This document shows positions 16,797 to 26,527 of a stretch of DNA of 61,398 nucleotides, piece by piece. The DNA is from an uncultured Anaerolineaceae bacterium (lineage in GTDB: Bacteria > Chloroflexota > Anaerolineae > Anaerolineales > UBA4823), in contig CAZGIX010000004.1 in NCBI GenBank assembly GCA_964525785.1, positions 1 through 61,398 of the forward strand, given 5' to 3'. The number at the start of each line of letters is the position of its first letter. The stretch's first letter is position 1. The notes under the pieces are model-generated. The model was not told the origin of the DNA. It was given only the letters and a program-made list of their open reading frames with translations, and did no database searches. A program made the position numbers and the translations under genes.

Positions 16797-17594
16797 TTAT
16801 CCTCCCGAGCGAATAAAGCGCGTGAGCCGCCCGAAGAAGCTCTCTTCTTCCATATTCATAAAGGGCACGTCTTCGCCACGCAGCCGGCGAGCAATATTGC
16901 GAAAAGCCTGCCCGGCACGGCTTTTCCCATCCAGGACGATCGGCGCGCCGCGATTGGTGCTGGTGACGATATTTTCGTCCTCAGGCACCATTCCGATCAG
17001 CTCGATCGCCAGCAGCTCCAGGACATCTTCAGCTGAGAGCATGTCTCCACGCCGGACCATATTTGGACGGATGCGGTTGATCAACAGCCTGGCAGGACCT
17101 TTCTCCTCGGCTTCAACCAGGCCGATGATCCTGTCAGCATCGCGGACTGCCGATACTTCCGGATTGGTCACCACCAGGACAGTATCCGCCGGTGCGACCG
17201 CGTTGCGGAAGCCGCGCTCGATGCCCGCCGGTGAGTCGATCAATATCCAGTCATGCTCCTCACGCAGCTCGTTGCACAGGCGCACCATGTCACTGGGTGT
17301 GACTGCGCTTTTATCTCTGGTCTGAGCCGCCGGGATCAGGTACAGATCAGGCAAGCGCTTATCCCGGATCAGCGCCTGCCGTAGACGGCAGCGCCCTTCC
17401 ACCACATCGACCAGATCGTAAACGATGCGATTTTCCAGACCTAACACAACATCCAGATTACGCAGACCGATATCAGCATCTACGCACACAACTCTTTCTC
17501 CGGACACAGCCAGAGCGGCGCCCAGGTTGGCAGTGGCTGTAGTTTTACCCACGCCCCCTTTGCCCGAAGTTACCGTGATCACCTTACCCGCCAT
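16797..17594 (-). CDS. minD: Septum site-determining ATPase MinD
   Basis: SGKGGVGKTT, DADIGLRNLD, IDSPAGIE, C-terminal FFGRLTRF membrane-targeting helix. Confidence 0.97.
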   Translation of the reverse strand: MAGKVITVTSGKGGVGKTTATANLGAALAVSGERVVCVDADIGLRNLDVVLGLENRIVYDLVDVVEGRCRLRQALIRDKRLPDLYLIPAAQTRDKSAVTPSDMVRLCNELREEHDWILIDSPAGIERGFRNAVAPADTVLVVTNPEVSAVRDADRIIGLVEAEEKGPARLLINRIRPNMVRRGDMLSAEDVLELLAIELIGMVPEDENIVTSTNRGAPIVLDGKSRAGQAFRNIARRLRGEDVPFMNMEEESFFGRLTRFIRSGG

Positions 17595-17608
17595 GATTAC
17601 CTTTCGTC

Positions 17609-18289
17609 TTATTTACCCTTCGGATTCCACAACTCTGCAACAACCTGACCGTTGGAAACCATTACCATCTCAGGCTGCGGTTTGCCGCGCCTTTTGGGTG
17701 TGATAGCGATTAAGCCCGCAATACGCAGCTGCGTGGGTGCCAGGTCCAACGCACAGACCACCGCGTTTTCATCCCCTTCGGCGCCTGCATGCACCATACC
17801 GCGCAGATGCCCCCACACAATCACGTTGCCGCTGGCAACGATCTCTGCCCCGGGATTGACATCTCCAATCACAATCACATTCCCGGAATGTTTGAGGCTG
17901 TACCCGGAGCGCAGCGTGCGCCGTACAAGCACCGCCCCTTCGCCTCCACTTATGGTGGTGTTAGCGGGAGGAGCAACCCGGTCAGGAACTGGTTTCGAGA
18001 TGCGGGTCGCTAATCCCAGGGTCTGAGCTGTCTGTTCGGTGACCGGTGAGTTGCTCATTACCGCCCATAGGGATAGCCCCCGGTCGGAGAGCTGGTCGCG
18101 CAGCTGGCCCAGATCAGCTGCTTTAAGGATGCGGTTGCCCACGTCCAACGCCAGGCGAGCACCACGCAGAAAATCAGCCTGTTGATCCAGCTGACCGAAC
18201 AGAGCTTCGCGGATTTCCTCCCAGGCGCCCTCACCCAGGATGATCAACAAACCATCACGGATTCCTTTGATCTGTACGCTAGGCTGCAT
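17609..18289 (-). CDS. minC: Septum site-determining protein MinC
   Basis: VQIKGIRDGL N-terminus, TLRSG, GDVNPGAEIVASGNVIVWGHLRGMVHAG, PTQLRIA. Confidence 0.94.
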   Translation of the reverse strand: MQPSVQIKGIRDGLLIILGEGAWEEIREALFGQLDQQADFLRGARLALDVGNRILKAADLGQLRDQLSDRGLSLWAVMSNSPVTEQTAQTLGLATRISKPVPDRVAPPANTTISGGEGAVLVRRTLRSGYSLKHSGNVIVIGDVNPGAEIVASGNVIVWGHLRGMVHAGAEGDENAVVCALDLAPTQLRIAGLIAITPKRRGKPQPEMVMVSNGQVVAELWNPKGK

Positions 18290-18334
18290 ACTGGCTATTG
18301 GCCTGTGCCACCACCCATCCGTAGAATTATAGCA

Positions 18335-20416
18335 TCACTGAACCTGGATCGCATTGTCGATGCTCTTCAATTCAAAATAAGCATCCAGGAGCTGGAATAC
18401 GATCGGTCCGGCGACGCTGGAGCCTTCACCGCCGTTGTAGACAAAAGCGACGACCGCGATCTCAGGATCATCATATGGAGCATAAGCAACCGTCCAGGCG
18501 TGGGAGGGCCACTCTCCTGGGATACAGCGGTTTTTAGCCAATGCATATTGGTCGCAGTATTCAGCCGTGCCCGTCTTGCCAGCAACAGCAAACGGCAGGT
18601 TGTAGTAATCCTGGATTTTTTTAAGCGTCCCAGCGGTGACCGCCCGCCGCATGCCCTCCTGGACTTTTTCGATGACCCAGGGCTGGACAGTTTTTGTCTG
18701 TCCTTCGATCGCCTCGCAACCGCGGATGGTCGTATCGTAGTATTCCTGGATGATAGTGTCTGTGGTTATATCCCAGCGCTGGTAGGGTTCAAACGGCTGC
18801 ACCACATTACCTTCGCTGTCTAACACTTCACGCACCAGGGCAGGCTCGACCAGTTTGCCATCATTAGCGATGACCGAGGCCGACATCAATACCTGCAGCG
18901 GGGTCGCCAACACATAGCCCTGACCTACGCTGGAGATGTACGTATCGCCGGTAGACCAGCTCTCACCGTGAGTGATCCGCTTCCACTGCGGGTCAGGGAT
19001 CAATCCTTTTTCTTCTTCGGGGAGGTCAATCCCTGGATAATCACCGTAACCTAAGGCGCGGGCGTAAGTGCCCAGCCGGCAAATGCCCAGACCCTCTGGT
19101 ACCTCATCACCGTAGCCGCCGCCCAATTTATAGAAATAGACGTTGCTCGAATTCGAAATACCGCCCAGGAAATCCAGATGACCGAAACCCTCATCAGTCC
19201 AATCGACAAATCTTCTCTGTGTACCAGGATCATTGGCAAAGTACTTCTCGGTTATCGTGATGAATGGCGGGGTTTGGAGTATCTGTTCGGGGGTGACAAC
19301 CCCTTCATTCAAGGCGCCAATTGCGGTTGAGAGCTTGAACACCGAGCCGGCTGGCAGTACGTCTCCGACTGCATGGTTCAATAGAGGATTGGCGGGATCC
19401 TGGATGAGCTGCTCATAGTAATACGATGGGATCAAGCGCGCCATGCGATTGTTCTCATAGGTCGGGTAGGAGACCATCGCCAGCACCTCACCCGTCTTGG
19501 GATTCATGGCGATCACCACCCCGCTGGTAGACCGGATCGTGTTCAGAAAGGTGTTCCAGTAGTTGATCTCACGTTCCAGGATGGCGGTTGCCGCTTGCTG
19601 AAGGCGGGTATCGATGGTCAGGCGCAGGCTGTTGCCTGCGTCAGCCGGCTCAACTTCACCCACTGTTCGCAAAGTCTGTCCGGCGACATCTTTCTCTACC
19701 ATCCGGGTACCATTTTGACCAGCCAGCAGGTCCTGGTATTGAAGCTCCAGTCCGGCGTAGCCAACCTTGTCCCGGTTAGGCACCAGACCCTTGGCGCGAA
19801 ACTCAGACTCTTGAGCTGCCGGAATAGGGCCTAGGAAACCGATCAATGAGGCGGTCAAGGATCCAGTGGGGTAATCACGGATCGGTTGGATCTCAACCGA
19901 AATGCCGGGCCAATCGATAGATCTTTCCTGGACAATCATTGCCAGGTTCTTGTCGACATCACACGCGATCTGGACTCCCTGGTAAGGGGTGGCAGTCTCG
20001 CCATATTCTGCAATTTCAGCAATACCGTGATCTGATATACACGGCACATACGGGTTCTCGGTCGTGAGATCGCCACCGTTCACCGGGATGTCCAGCAGCT
20101 CGGACAGCTCTCGGTATATCTCCTGAACCTCGGCCTCATCATCCGGCAACTCTGCTGCAGTGAGGAGTACATTGTAAGAGGCGATATTGCGAGCCAGTAC
20201 TGTTCCATTACGGTCATAGATCACGCCCCGCGTAGCAGCGATATTTTCGACTTCGGTGCGATTATCTTCCGCTTGGGCAAGCCACACTGGACCTTCAACT
20301 ATTTGCAAGCTGAACAGGCGCGCTACATAGATCAGAAAAACGCCAAAAATCACCAGGATGAAAACCGTGATCCTCCATGTTTGCAGGTGATTATGCAGTG
20401 AAGGTGAATTGCTCAT
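18335..20416 (-). CDS. mrdA: Penicillin-binding protein 2 (class B)
   Basis: N-terminal TM, RGVIYDRNG, SxxK (GSVFK), SxN (SSN), KTG. ATG 20416 overlaps the mreD stop (ATGA). Confidence 0.93.
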   Translation of the reverse strand: MSNSPSLHNHLQTWRITVFILVIFGVFLIYVARLFSLQIVEGPVWLAQAEDNRTEVENIAATRGVIYDRNGTVLARNIASYNVLLTAAELPDDEAEVQEIYRELSELLDIPVNGGDLTTENPYVPCISDHGIAEIAEYGETATPYQGVQIACDVDKNLAMIVQERSIDWPGISVEIQPIRDYPTGSLTASLIGFLGPIPAAQESEFRAKGLVPNRDKVGYAGLELQYQDLLAGQNGTRMVEKDVAGQTLRTVGEVEPADAGNSLRLTIDTRLQQAATAILEREINYWNTFLNTIRSTSGVVIAMNPKTGEVLAMVSYPTYENNRMARLIPSYYYEQLIQDPANPLLNHAVGDVLPAGSVFKLSTAIGALNEGVVTPEQILQTPPFITITEKYFANDPGTQRRFVDWTDEGFGHLDFLGGISNSSNVYFYKLGGGYGDEVPEGLGICRLGTYARALGYGDYPGIDLPEEEKGLIPDPQWKRITHGESWSTGDTYISSVGQGYVLATPLQVLMSASVIANDGKLVEPALVREVLDSEGNVVQPFEPYQRWDITTDTIIQEYYDTTIRGCEAIEGQTKTVQPWVIEKVQEGMRRAVTAGTLKKIQDYYNLPFAVAGKTGTAEYCDQYALAKNRCIPGEWPSHAWTVAYAPYDDPEIAVVAFVYNGGEGSSVAGPIVFQLLDAYFELKSIDNAIQVQ

Positions 20417-20913
20417 ACCTTTATCTCTTCCGGATACAACCAATCAGCCAGCTCAGACGCCAGGGAGTACGCCGGCACAGCAAACAGGATATTCATCAAC
20501 AGGCTGGGCAGCATCACCAGGTTTAATGCCTGTGGGATTGAGATCGAGCTGCCCACCACTCGTAAAGCCAATAAGGTGATGCTCTGAGAAATCAGCGTAC
20601 CTAAAAACGTCACCAGGATCATCGCCAGAACCGGCACCTGCCAGACTCGCCGCCGCAGCAACAAAGCTATGGCGGTGGTCAGGGCGTATCCCAACAGCGG
20701 GATCCCAAAAGGCACCGCTGAGACGATATTGAACATCAGCCCGCCGATTATACACCATTGCCAGGGGGTATCTACGCGCTTCTGCAGCGCCCAGGCCACA
20801 ATCATCAGCAAGATTAGATCGGCAGTGCCGTGCAGCAAAGGCAGACGGCTGACTATACTGGATTGCAGGATAGCCAGAATACCCATGATGGGGATTGAGA
20901 TCAGGGTAGTCAT
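20413..20913 (-). CDS. mreD: Rod shape-determining protein MreD
   Basis: Small polytopic protein between mreC and mrdA; ADLILLMIVAW and FGIPLLGY segments. Confidence 0.82.
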   Translation of the reverse strand: MTTLISIPIMGILAILQSSIVSRLPLLHGTADLILLMIVAWALQKRVDTPWQWCIIGGLMFNIVSAVPFGIPLLGYALTTAIALLLRRRVWQVPVLAMILVTFLGTLISQSITLLALRVVGSSISIPQALNLVMLPSLLMNILFAVPAYSLASELADWLYPEEIKV

Positions 20914-20988
20914 GACTGTGTCGAGGAGGCGAGCATGGCGCGGTAACGAACACTGGCATGTTCATAGCCGATAAGATCTTGCCAGGCT

Positions 20989-21831
20989 TCAGGGTGTCTC
21001 CTCCTGGGGCAGCAGAGGCTCGGTATCGATGGGCTGAAAATTGGTAATGACCAGGACAATCTCCAGCTGTGAGAAATCCACTACTGTCTGGATCGTCGCA
21101 CTCTGGAACAAAGCCTGAGCCTGACTGCGGGTGCTCGACACCTGGCCAATGAGCAAATCGGGGGGGTATCCGCCCCCCAGACCCGATGTAAGCACGAGCT
21201 CGCCAGTCTGGACATTTGCTTCCTGGGGGATCATGTCCAGAAGAACATCGCCAGTGATTTGCCCGGTAAGCACCGCCTGGGCACCCGAGGGCTGTAAGCG
21301 GACATTTACCGAGGATGCCGGATCTGTGATTAATTGTACGCGCGCCGCGCTGGCGGTGACCGCCGCAACTCGCCCTACAAGCCCCGCCTGAGTGACAACT
21401 GGCATACCTCTTCGCAGGCCTTGATCTGAGCCGAGGTTGATTAATACGTAGCGCACAAACGGGCTGGCATCATAACCGATCACAGCCGCAGCCTGGTAGG
21501 TGTTCTCTGGATTGGCACGGGCGAAATCCACCAATGCAGACAGGATATTGGTTACTGAGAGCTGCTGCTGGAGCTCAATCACCTGTGTCTGCAGCCGTGA
21601 AATCTCGGCCTCCAATTCAGCGTTACGCTGGCGGAGCCGGATGGTATCTTGTGGCGCGCTGACGAAATCCTGGATTGCCTGGTAGCGGGTGGCAATCCAC
21701 GTTTGTGCTGTTACCACTGGGTCGAGCAGGATGCGAGAGACCGGCGTCAGGTAGCCGCCCAGAGCCAGACCGACAATGCCCAGAGCGATCAAGATAAAGA
21801 CAATCGATTGCAATGAGCGAGAAAACGTCAT
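20989..21831 (-). CDS. mreC: Rod shape-determining protein MreC
   Basis: TM, coiled coil, then INLGSDQGLRRGMPVV, GLVGRV, TSGLGGGYPP..LIG. Start set at ATG 21831. Confidence 0.92.
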   Translation of the reverse strand: MTFSRSLQSIVFILIALGIVGLALGGYLTPVSRILLDPVVTAQTWIATRYQAIQDFVSAPQDTIRLRQRNAELEAEISRLQTQVIELQQQLSVTNILSALVDFARANPENTYQAAAVIGYDASPFVRYVLINLGSDQGLRRGMPVVTQAGLVGRVAAVTASAARVQLITDPASSVNVRLQPSGAQAVLTGQITGDVLLDMIPQEANVQTGELVLTSGLGGGYPPDLLIGQVSSTRSQAQALFQSATIQTVVDFSQLEIVLVITNFQPIDTEPLLPQEETP

Positions 21832-21900
21832 GTTCAAGTACGTCGATACGTTGGGAGCGCCGGGCACGAATAAGCGAGGGAAGGGCGCTCGATAGGCTGG

Positions 21901-22968
21901 TTAGCTGTGCCTTGTGCTGCCGCGTTCCAGGCCTACCAGCAGGCGGCTTAAGTGATCCAGGTCTTCCAGGATCATCCCTGCGCCGCGGGCAACACAGCTC
22001 ATAGGATCTTCAGCTACCCAGACACGGATATGCAGCTCATCGGTCAGGCGCCTGTCCAGCGCCTGTAAGAGTGCACCGCCTCCAGCCAGGCAGACACCCG
22101 TTTCCATCAGGTCGGCGATGATCTCCGGAGGAGCTTCGTCCAGGGCATCCATAACGGTATCTATGATCGTCTGGACGGAGCCGGATATGGCTTCACGCAG
22201 CTCGACTGAAGAGACTTCAACGGCTTCAGGTAAGCCTGTTACCAGGTTGCGCCCGCGCAGAAGCATGGTCTTCTCTTCTTGTAAGTGGTAAGCCGAGCCA
22301 ATGGCAATTTTCGACTGTTCTGCCATGCGCAGACCGATCAGCAAATTGTATTTATTGCGCATGTATTGGACAATATCTTCATCCATTTCATCGCCAGCCA
22401 CGCGCAGGGAGCGAGAAACTACCACGCCACCCATTGACATCACTGCTACCTCTGACGTACCGCCGCCGATATCAACGATCATGCTTCCGCGGATTTCTGC
22501 CACTGGCAAACCGGCGCCCAGCGCGGCTGCCACTGGCTCTTCTATCAAATACACCTCGCGCGCACCGGCTGACAAAGCCGCATCATAAACGGCGCGCTTT
22601 TCCACCTCGGTTACGCCGGAGGGGATACCAATAACAACCCTCGGGCGAGGCACCGGCACAATGCTCTGTTCGTGAGCCTTACCAATAAAATATTCTAACA
22701 TCGCCTGGGTGATCTCGAACTCAGAGATCACCCCATCCCGCAAGGGGCGGACAGCGACGACATTCGCGGGAGTACGACCGACCATCTCCTTCGCTTCTGC
22801 GCCGATCGCCAGGGGTAAGCGGGTGCGTTTGTCGATGGCTACCCAGGAGGGTTCGTTGATTACAATTCCCTTCCCCCGGACATTCACCAGGGTATTGGCT
22901 GTGCCTAAATCTATGCCGATATCTAATGAGAAGAATCCCAGCAGCCAGTTAAGGGGATTGAATGCCAA
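21901..22968 (-). CDS. mreB: Actin-like rod shape protein MreB
   Basis: IGIDLGTANT, RPLRDGVI, IEEPVAAALG, VDIGGGTSE, LAGGGALL. TTG start with GAGGAG RBS. Confidence 0.97.
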   Translation of the reverse strand: MAFNPLNWLLGFFSLDIGIDLGTANTLVNVRGKGIVINEPSWVAIDKRTRLPLAIGAEAKEMVGRTPANVVAVRPLRDGVISEFEITQAMLEYFIGKAHEQSIVPVPRPRVVIGIPSGVTEVEKRAVYDAALSAGAREVYLIEEPVAAALGAGLPVAEIRGSMIVDIGGGTSEVAVMSMGGVVVSRSLRVAGDEMDEDIVQYMRNKYNLLIGLRMAEQSKIAIGSAYHLQEEKTMLLRGRNLVTGLPEAVEVSSVELREAISGSVQTIIDTVMDALDEAPPEIIADLMETGVCLAGGGALLQALDRRLTDELHIRVWVAEDPMSCVARGAGMILEDLDHLSRLLVGLERGSTRHS

Positions 22969-23081
22969 GTTGTGCTCCTCAGCAGCTGTTATGCCAATCT
23001 GGCATCGCCGATCAAGTGCTGCTCTCTATGCATAATTTTAAGGGGCGGTCTGGCAGGCCCACCCAAATAATCTTGCGTTGC

Positions 23082-23090
23082 ATTATACCA
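23082..23090 (-). promoter_or_regulatory. Extended -10 element upstream of the mre operon
   Basis: Minus strand reads TGGTATAAT. Confidence 0.55.
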
Positions 23091-23175
23091 GAGAACCTTT
23101 AAACCCAATTGCCAGGGGAATCAGGGCCTGCTAAGCGATGGAAGGCCGGATTTCTTGGTACCACTCGGGGCTCAA

Positions 23176-26100
23176 CTAGCCGCGACGGATTGGAACAGCC
23201 AGGTAGAATACACTCCCCTTGCCAAGCTGGCTTTCCACCCATACTTTGCCGCCATGCCGATCGGCAATCGACTTGACGATTGCCAGTCCCAGCCCGGTCC
23301 CATGTGGGCGTCTGCCGCTCTGGGCTGAGCTGCGAAAGAATTTCTCGAAAATGCGCGGTTGATCCAGGGGCGATATACCGCTGCCGGTATCACTGATGAT
23401 AAAGACCATCATATCCTGGCGCACTTCGGCCTTGACCTGCACTTTTCCAAGCGGATCGGTGTACTTGATGGCGTTATCTACCAGGTTGTGCAAAGCTTGC
23501 TGCAGCAGTGCCTGATCCGCTTCAATAAATGGCGGGGTTTGCTGGGGGATATCCGTGCTGAGATGTACTTTCTTCTGCGTTGCCTGGGGCTGTAAAGAAC
23601 TCGTTACCCGCTCGGCCACCTCGCGCACCGGCACCTTACCCACCTGCAGACCGACCCCGGCTTCGATACGCCCCAGATCCAGTAAGTCGTTCACCAACCT
23701 GGACATATCTTCTACCCCGAGGATGATCTTACGAACGTAGCTGGTCTGCTGATCATTAACCTCTCCGACGATTTCCAGCATCGAAGCATAACCACGCACC
23801 AGCGTCAGAGGGGAGCGCAGATCATGGCTGACCGTAGCAACAAACTCAGATTTCAGCGCATCCAGTTCTTTGAACGAAGTGATGTCCCTTAGCACGCAAA
23901 CCCTGCCGACGCGATGGCCCTCTGCAAACACAGAGCTGGCGCTGGCATAGTAGATGCGGCCGTCTGGCATATTCACTTCCACCGCCCGTTTATCATCTGC
24001 CTTGCTATCCAGCAGCGCCAGCAGATCCTTCTGGCTAATCACCTCGTTGATCGGTTTGCCCTCTTCCCACTCCACACCCAGGCCTAACACACGCCAGGCT
24101 GCCGGGTTGGCAAGCAGCAGCCGGTTTTGCTGGTCGGTAACCAATACCGGCTCTGGCGTCGAGGCCAGGATCGCGGATAAACGCTGGCGTCCAATTTCAG
24201 CATTTAAGAACAGGCGTGCGTTCGCGGCTGCCAAAGCTGCCTGACCAGCCAGCGTGACCACAAAGCGCACTTCCTCCTCCGGGAAAGTGTGTGCCTGGTC
24301 ATACGCCACCCACATCGATCCATAGTACTGGTTTTCATGGCGCAGAGCAACCGCCATCAATGAATCCGGGTGAGCATCTGTGGCACCGAAGCGCAGCAGC
24401 CTGGGCCGCATAACGTTATTCATCACTAACCGCTCCTGCTGGCGAGTCAGGCTTAATATTTGGGCATCCAGATAGCTGTATGCCTCGCCTTTGAGACCGG
24501 CAGAGTACGCTACGGGAGAACGATGTACGCCCTCCAATTCGGGTACCATCTTCGGATCCAGGATCACGCGCGCCGCGCTGGCACCTGAACTCAAGGCCGA
24601 GTCGAGCACGGGTTTAACCGCCTGGCTCACTTCCAGGTTGGATGCCACGCCCTGGACCACGGCTAACAATTGGTTCAGCTCATCCAGCCGTTGTTTGAGG
24701 CTTAGGCGCATTTGCTCGAAAGTGCGCCTTAGCTGCCCGACCTCATCCTCGCCATCCACCGTTAAAGGCTCATCTAACTGGCCACGCGCCATGTTGCTCG
24801 ACTGGAGGGCAAGTGTCTGCAAAGAGCTGGTTATGGCTTTCAAGCGGAATCTCAGCACCAGCACGGTAACGATCGCCAGGATAATGAGTATGACCAGCAC
24901 CGGTGCAGCAATTTCCAGAGCGATGCCCTGCACCTGCTGCGCCGGAGCAGTTGTAACCACTGCCCAGGGGTATCCTTCGATAGGCTGGTAAAAAACCAAC
25001 TGGCGAGTCCCGTCCGGAGCGCGGTCATCAAAGAACTCTGCTTCCTCGGGTATGCGACCAGAGTACTCGCTCATCACCAGGGCAGAGTTGGGATGAGAGA
25101 GAATCCGTCCTTTATCGTCCAGCAGCAATCCCTGACCTCCGATCTCATCCATGCTTTGCAGACTGGTGATAATCGGGACAGTAAAGGGATTTTCATCCAA
25201 ATCGGCGCGCGCAACCAGCACTCCCTGAAGCGTCCCTTCTTTATCAGTGATGCGTGCGATAAACGAAACCTGGGCCGCCCGACCTGCGCTCTTGGGTGAG
25301 ATGGCATAGGCATGATACTCAACGCCCTGGAGCGCTACCCGAACACCCACCTGCTCGTCTGTTGGCGCAAGTGCGCTGTCATAATCAGCATTCGGGTACC
25401 CACCGATCGAGTTCCCAGAGGCATCCAGCACATAAAACTGATTGAAGAAGGGCACGCGCAGCATATATTCTGCCAGGGTGGCGCTCAGCTCTGCCGGGCT
25501 TAGGGAGAGCAGTGAGTCTACTCCAGCAACCTTGTTGACCTCGTTCTGACCAACGATCAGAAAATAAGGAATACCTTTCGAAGCCATCTGGGCGACGTCC
25601 CCCATGCGCCCTGCGAGGATCTGGCGAGCTGCTGTTCCTGCCATCACCCAATTCACTGCCAATAAAGCCAGGAAGAGTACCAGGATAATTGGGACGACGG
25701 ACTGGAGAAACCTGGCTTGTAAGCTTTGTTCGGATGGAGCGGGACGCAGCCCGCCCTGCGCTCCCCAATAAGTGGGCAGGCCAAGCTTCACAACCTCAGC
25801 AAACACACCCGCGACCATTAATTCGATCGCCAGGGCGAGCGATACAGGGCTTACCAGGTTTAACGCGTAATCCAGTCGAGTTGCCAGCGAGCCATCCACA
25901 GCCAGCGAGGCGGTGAAAATGAACATGAAGGGATAGAACAAAGCGATAATAATGGCAGCAAAAAACGGGTGGCGCAGTAACCGGTAGAAAAAAGTCCGGT
26001 AGCACTGCTGCATCGCCACACCGAACGCCATCCCTACTACTGCCAGTTCTAAGATTGTAAACGGGCTGTGAGAATCCCAGAGTGCCTGGATCAGACCAGA

Positions 26101-26469
26101 AATGGCGCCAATCAAGGCAGCCCCAGCCGGTCCCAATAAACCAGCCGCCAGGACTGTCGGCAAAGCCGAGAAGACCATCAATGGCAGCCCGGCTGTTTCA
26201 ATCGGCACATTTTGAGGGGATAACGCTTCCGGCGTCGATAGTTCAACACCGATGAAAAGATTGGCAAATGGCATCACGATCGCCAGGGCGATCAGGATAC
26301 CCCAGTACCGGCTGTCGGTTGGACGGTTATAGCTTCGCCAATATCGCAATAGCCCAATAATCACGGCTGCCATCACGAGCCAGCCAAATCCGGTTACAAG
26401 TCGTCCCACCAAACTCTGCGGTATGCTGATTGAAGGGTATGTCGAGAAAATGTTCAGGAGAAATGGCAT
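23176..26469 (-). CDS. Multi-sensor histidine kinase (polytopic N-terminus, Cache-like, HAMP, GAF, PAS, HisKA, HATPase)
   Basis: H-box VSHDLRSPLT, N-box NLVDNAIKYT, DTGSGI, GTGLGLAIVK, HAMP EDEVGQLRRTFEQM, PAS ILASTPEPVLVTD...ANPAA, GAF YYGSMWV. Confidence 0.92.
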   Translation of the reverse strand: MPFLLNIFSTYPSISIPQSLVGRLVTGFGWLVMAAVIIGLLRYWRSYNRPTDSRYWGILIALAIVMPFANLFIGVELSTPEALSPQNVPIETAGLPLMVFSALPTVLAAGLLGPAGAALIGAISGLIQALWDSHSPFTILELAVVGMAFGVAMQQCYRTFFYRLLRHPFFAAIIIALFYPFMFIFTASLAVDGSLATRLDYALNLVSPVSLALAIELMVAGVFAEVVKLGLPTYWGAQGGLRPAPSEQSLQARFLQSVVPIILVLFLALLAVNWVMAGTAARQILAGRMGDVAQMASKGIPYFLIVGQNEVNKVAGVDSLLSLSPAELSATLAEYMLRVPFFNQFYVLDASGNSIGGYPNADYDSALAPTDEQVGVRVALQGVEYHAYAISPKSAGRAAQVSFIARITDKEGTLQGVLVARADLDENPFTVPIITSLQSMDEIGGQGLLLDDKGRILSHPNSALVMSEYSGRIPEEAEFFDDRAPDGTRQLVFYQPIEGYPWAVVTTAPAQQVQGIALEIAAPVLVILIILAIVTVLVLRFRLKAITSSLQTLALQSSNMARGQLDEPLTVDGEDEVGQLRRTFEQMRLSLKQRLDELNQLLAVVQGVASNLEVSQAVKPVLDSALSSGASAARVILDPKMVPELEGVHRSPVAYSAGLKGEAYSYLDAQILSLTRQQERLVMNNVMRPRLLRFGATDAHPDSLMAVALRHENQYYGSMWVAYDQAHTFPEEEVRFVVTLAGQAALAAANARLFLNAEIGRQRLSAILASTPEPVLVTDQQNRLLLANPAAWRVLGLGVEWEEGKPINEVISQKDLLALLDSKADDKRAVEVNMPDGRIYYASASSVFAEGHRVGRVCVLRDITSFKELDALKSEFVATVSHDLRSPLTLVRGYASMLEIVGEVNDQQTSYVRKIILGVEDMSRLVNDLLDLGRIEAGVGLQVGKVPVREVAERVTSSLQPQATQKKVHLSTDIPQQTPPFIEADQALLQQALHNLVDNAIKYTDPLGKVQVKAEVRQDMMVFIISDTGSGISPLDQPRIFEKFFRSSAQSGRRPHGTGLGLAIVKSIADRHGGKVWVESQLGKGSVFYLAVPIRRG

Positions 26470-26527
26470 GTATGACCGCCCAGTGCAACATCCATGCCAG
26501 AATTATAGCATACGTTTATATCCGGGA

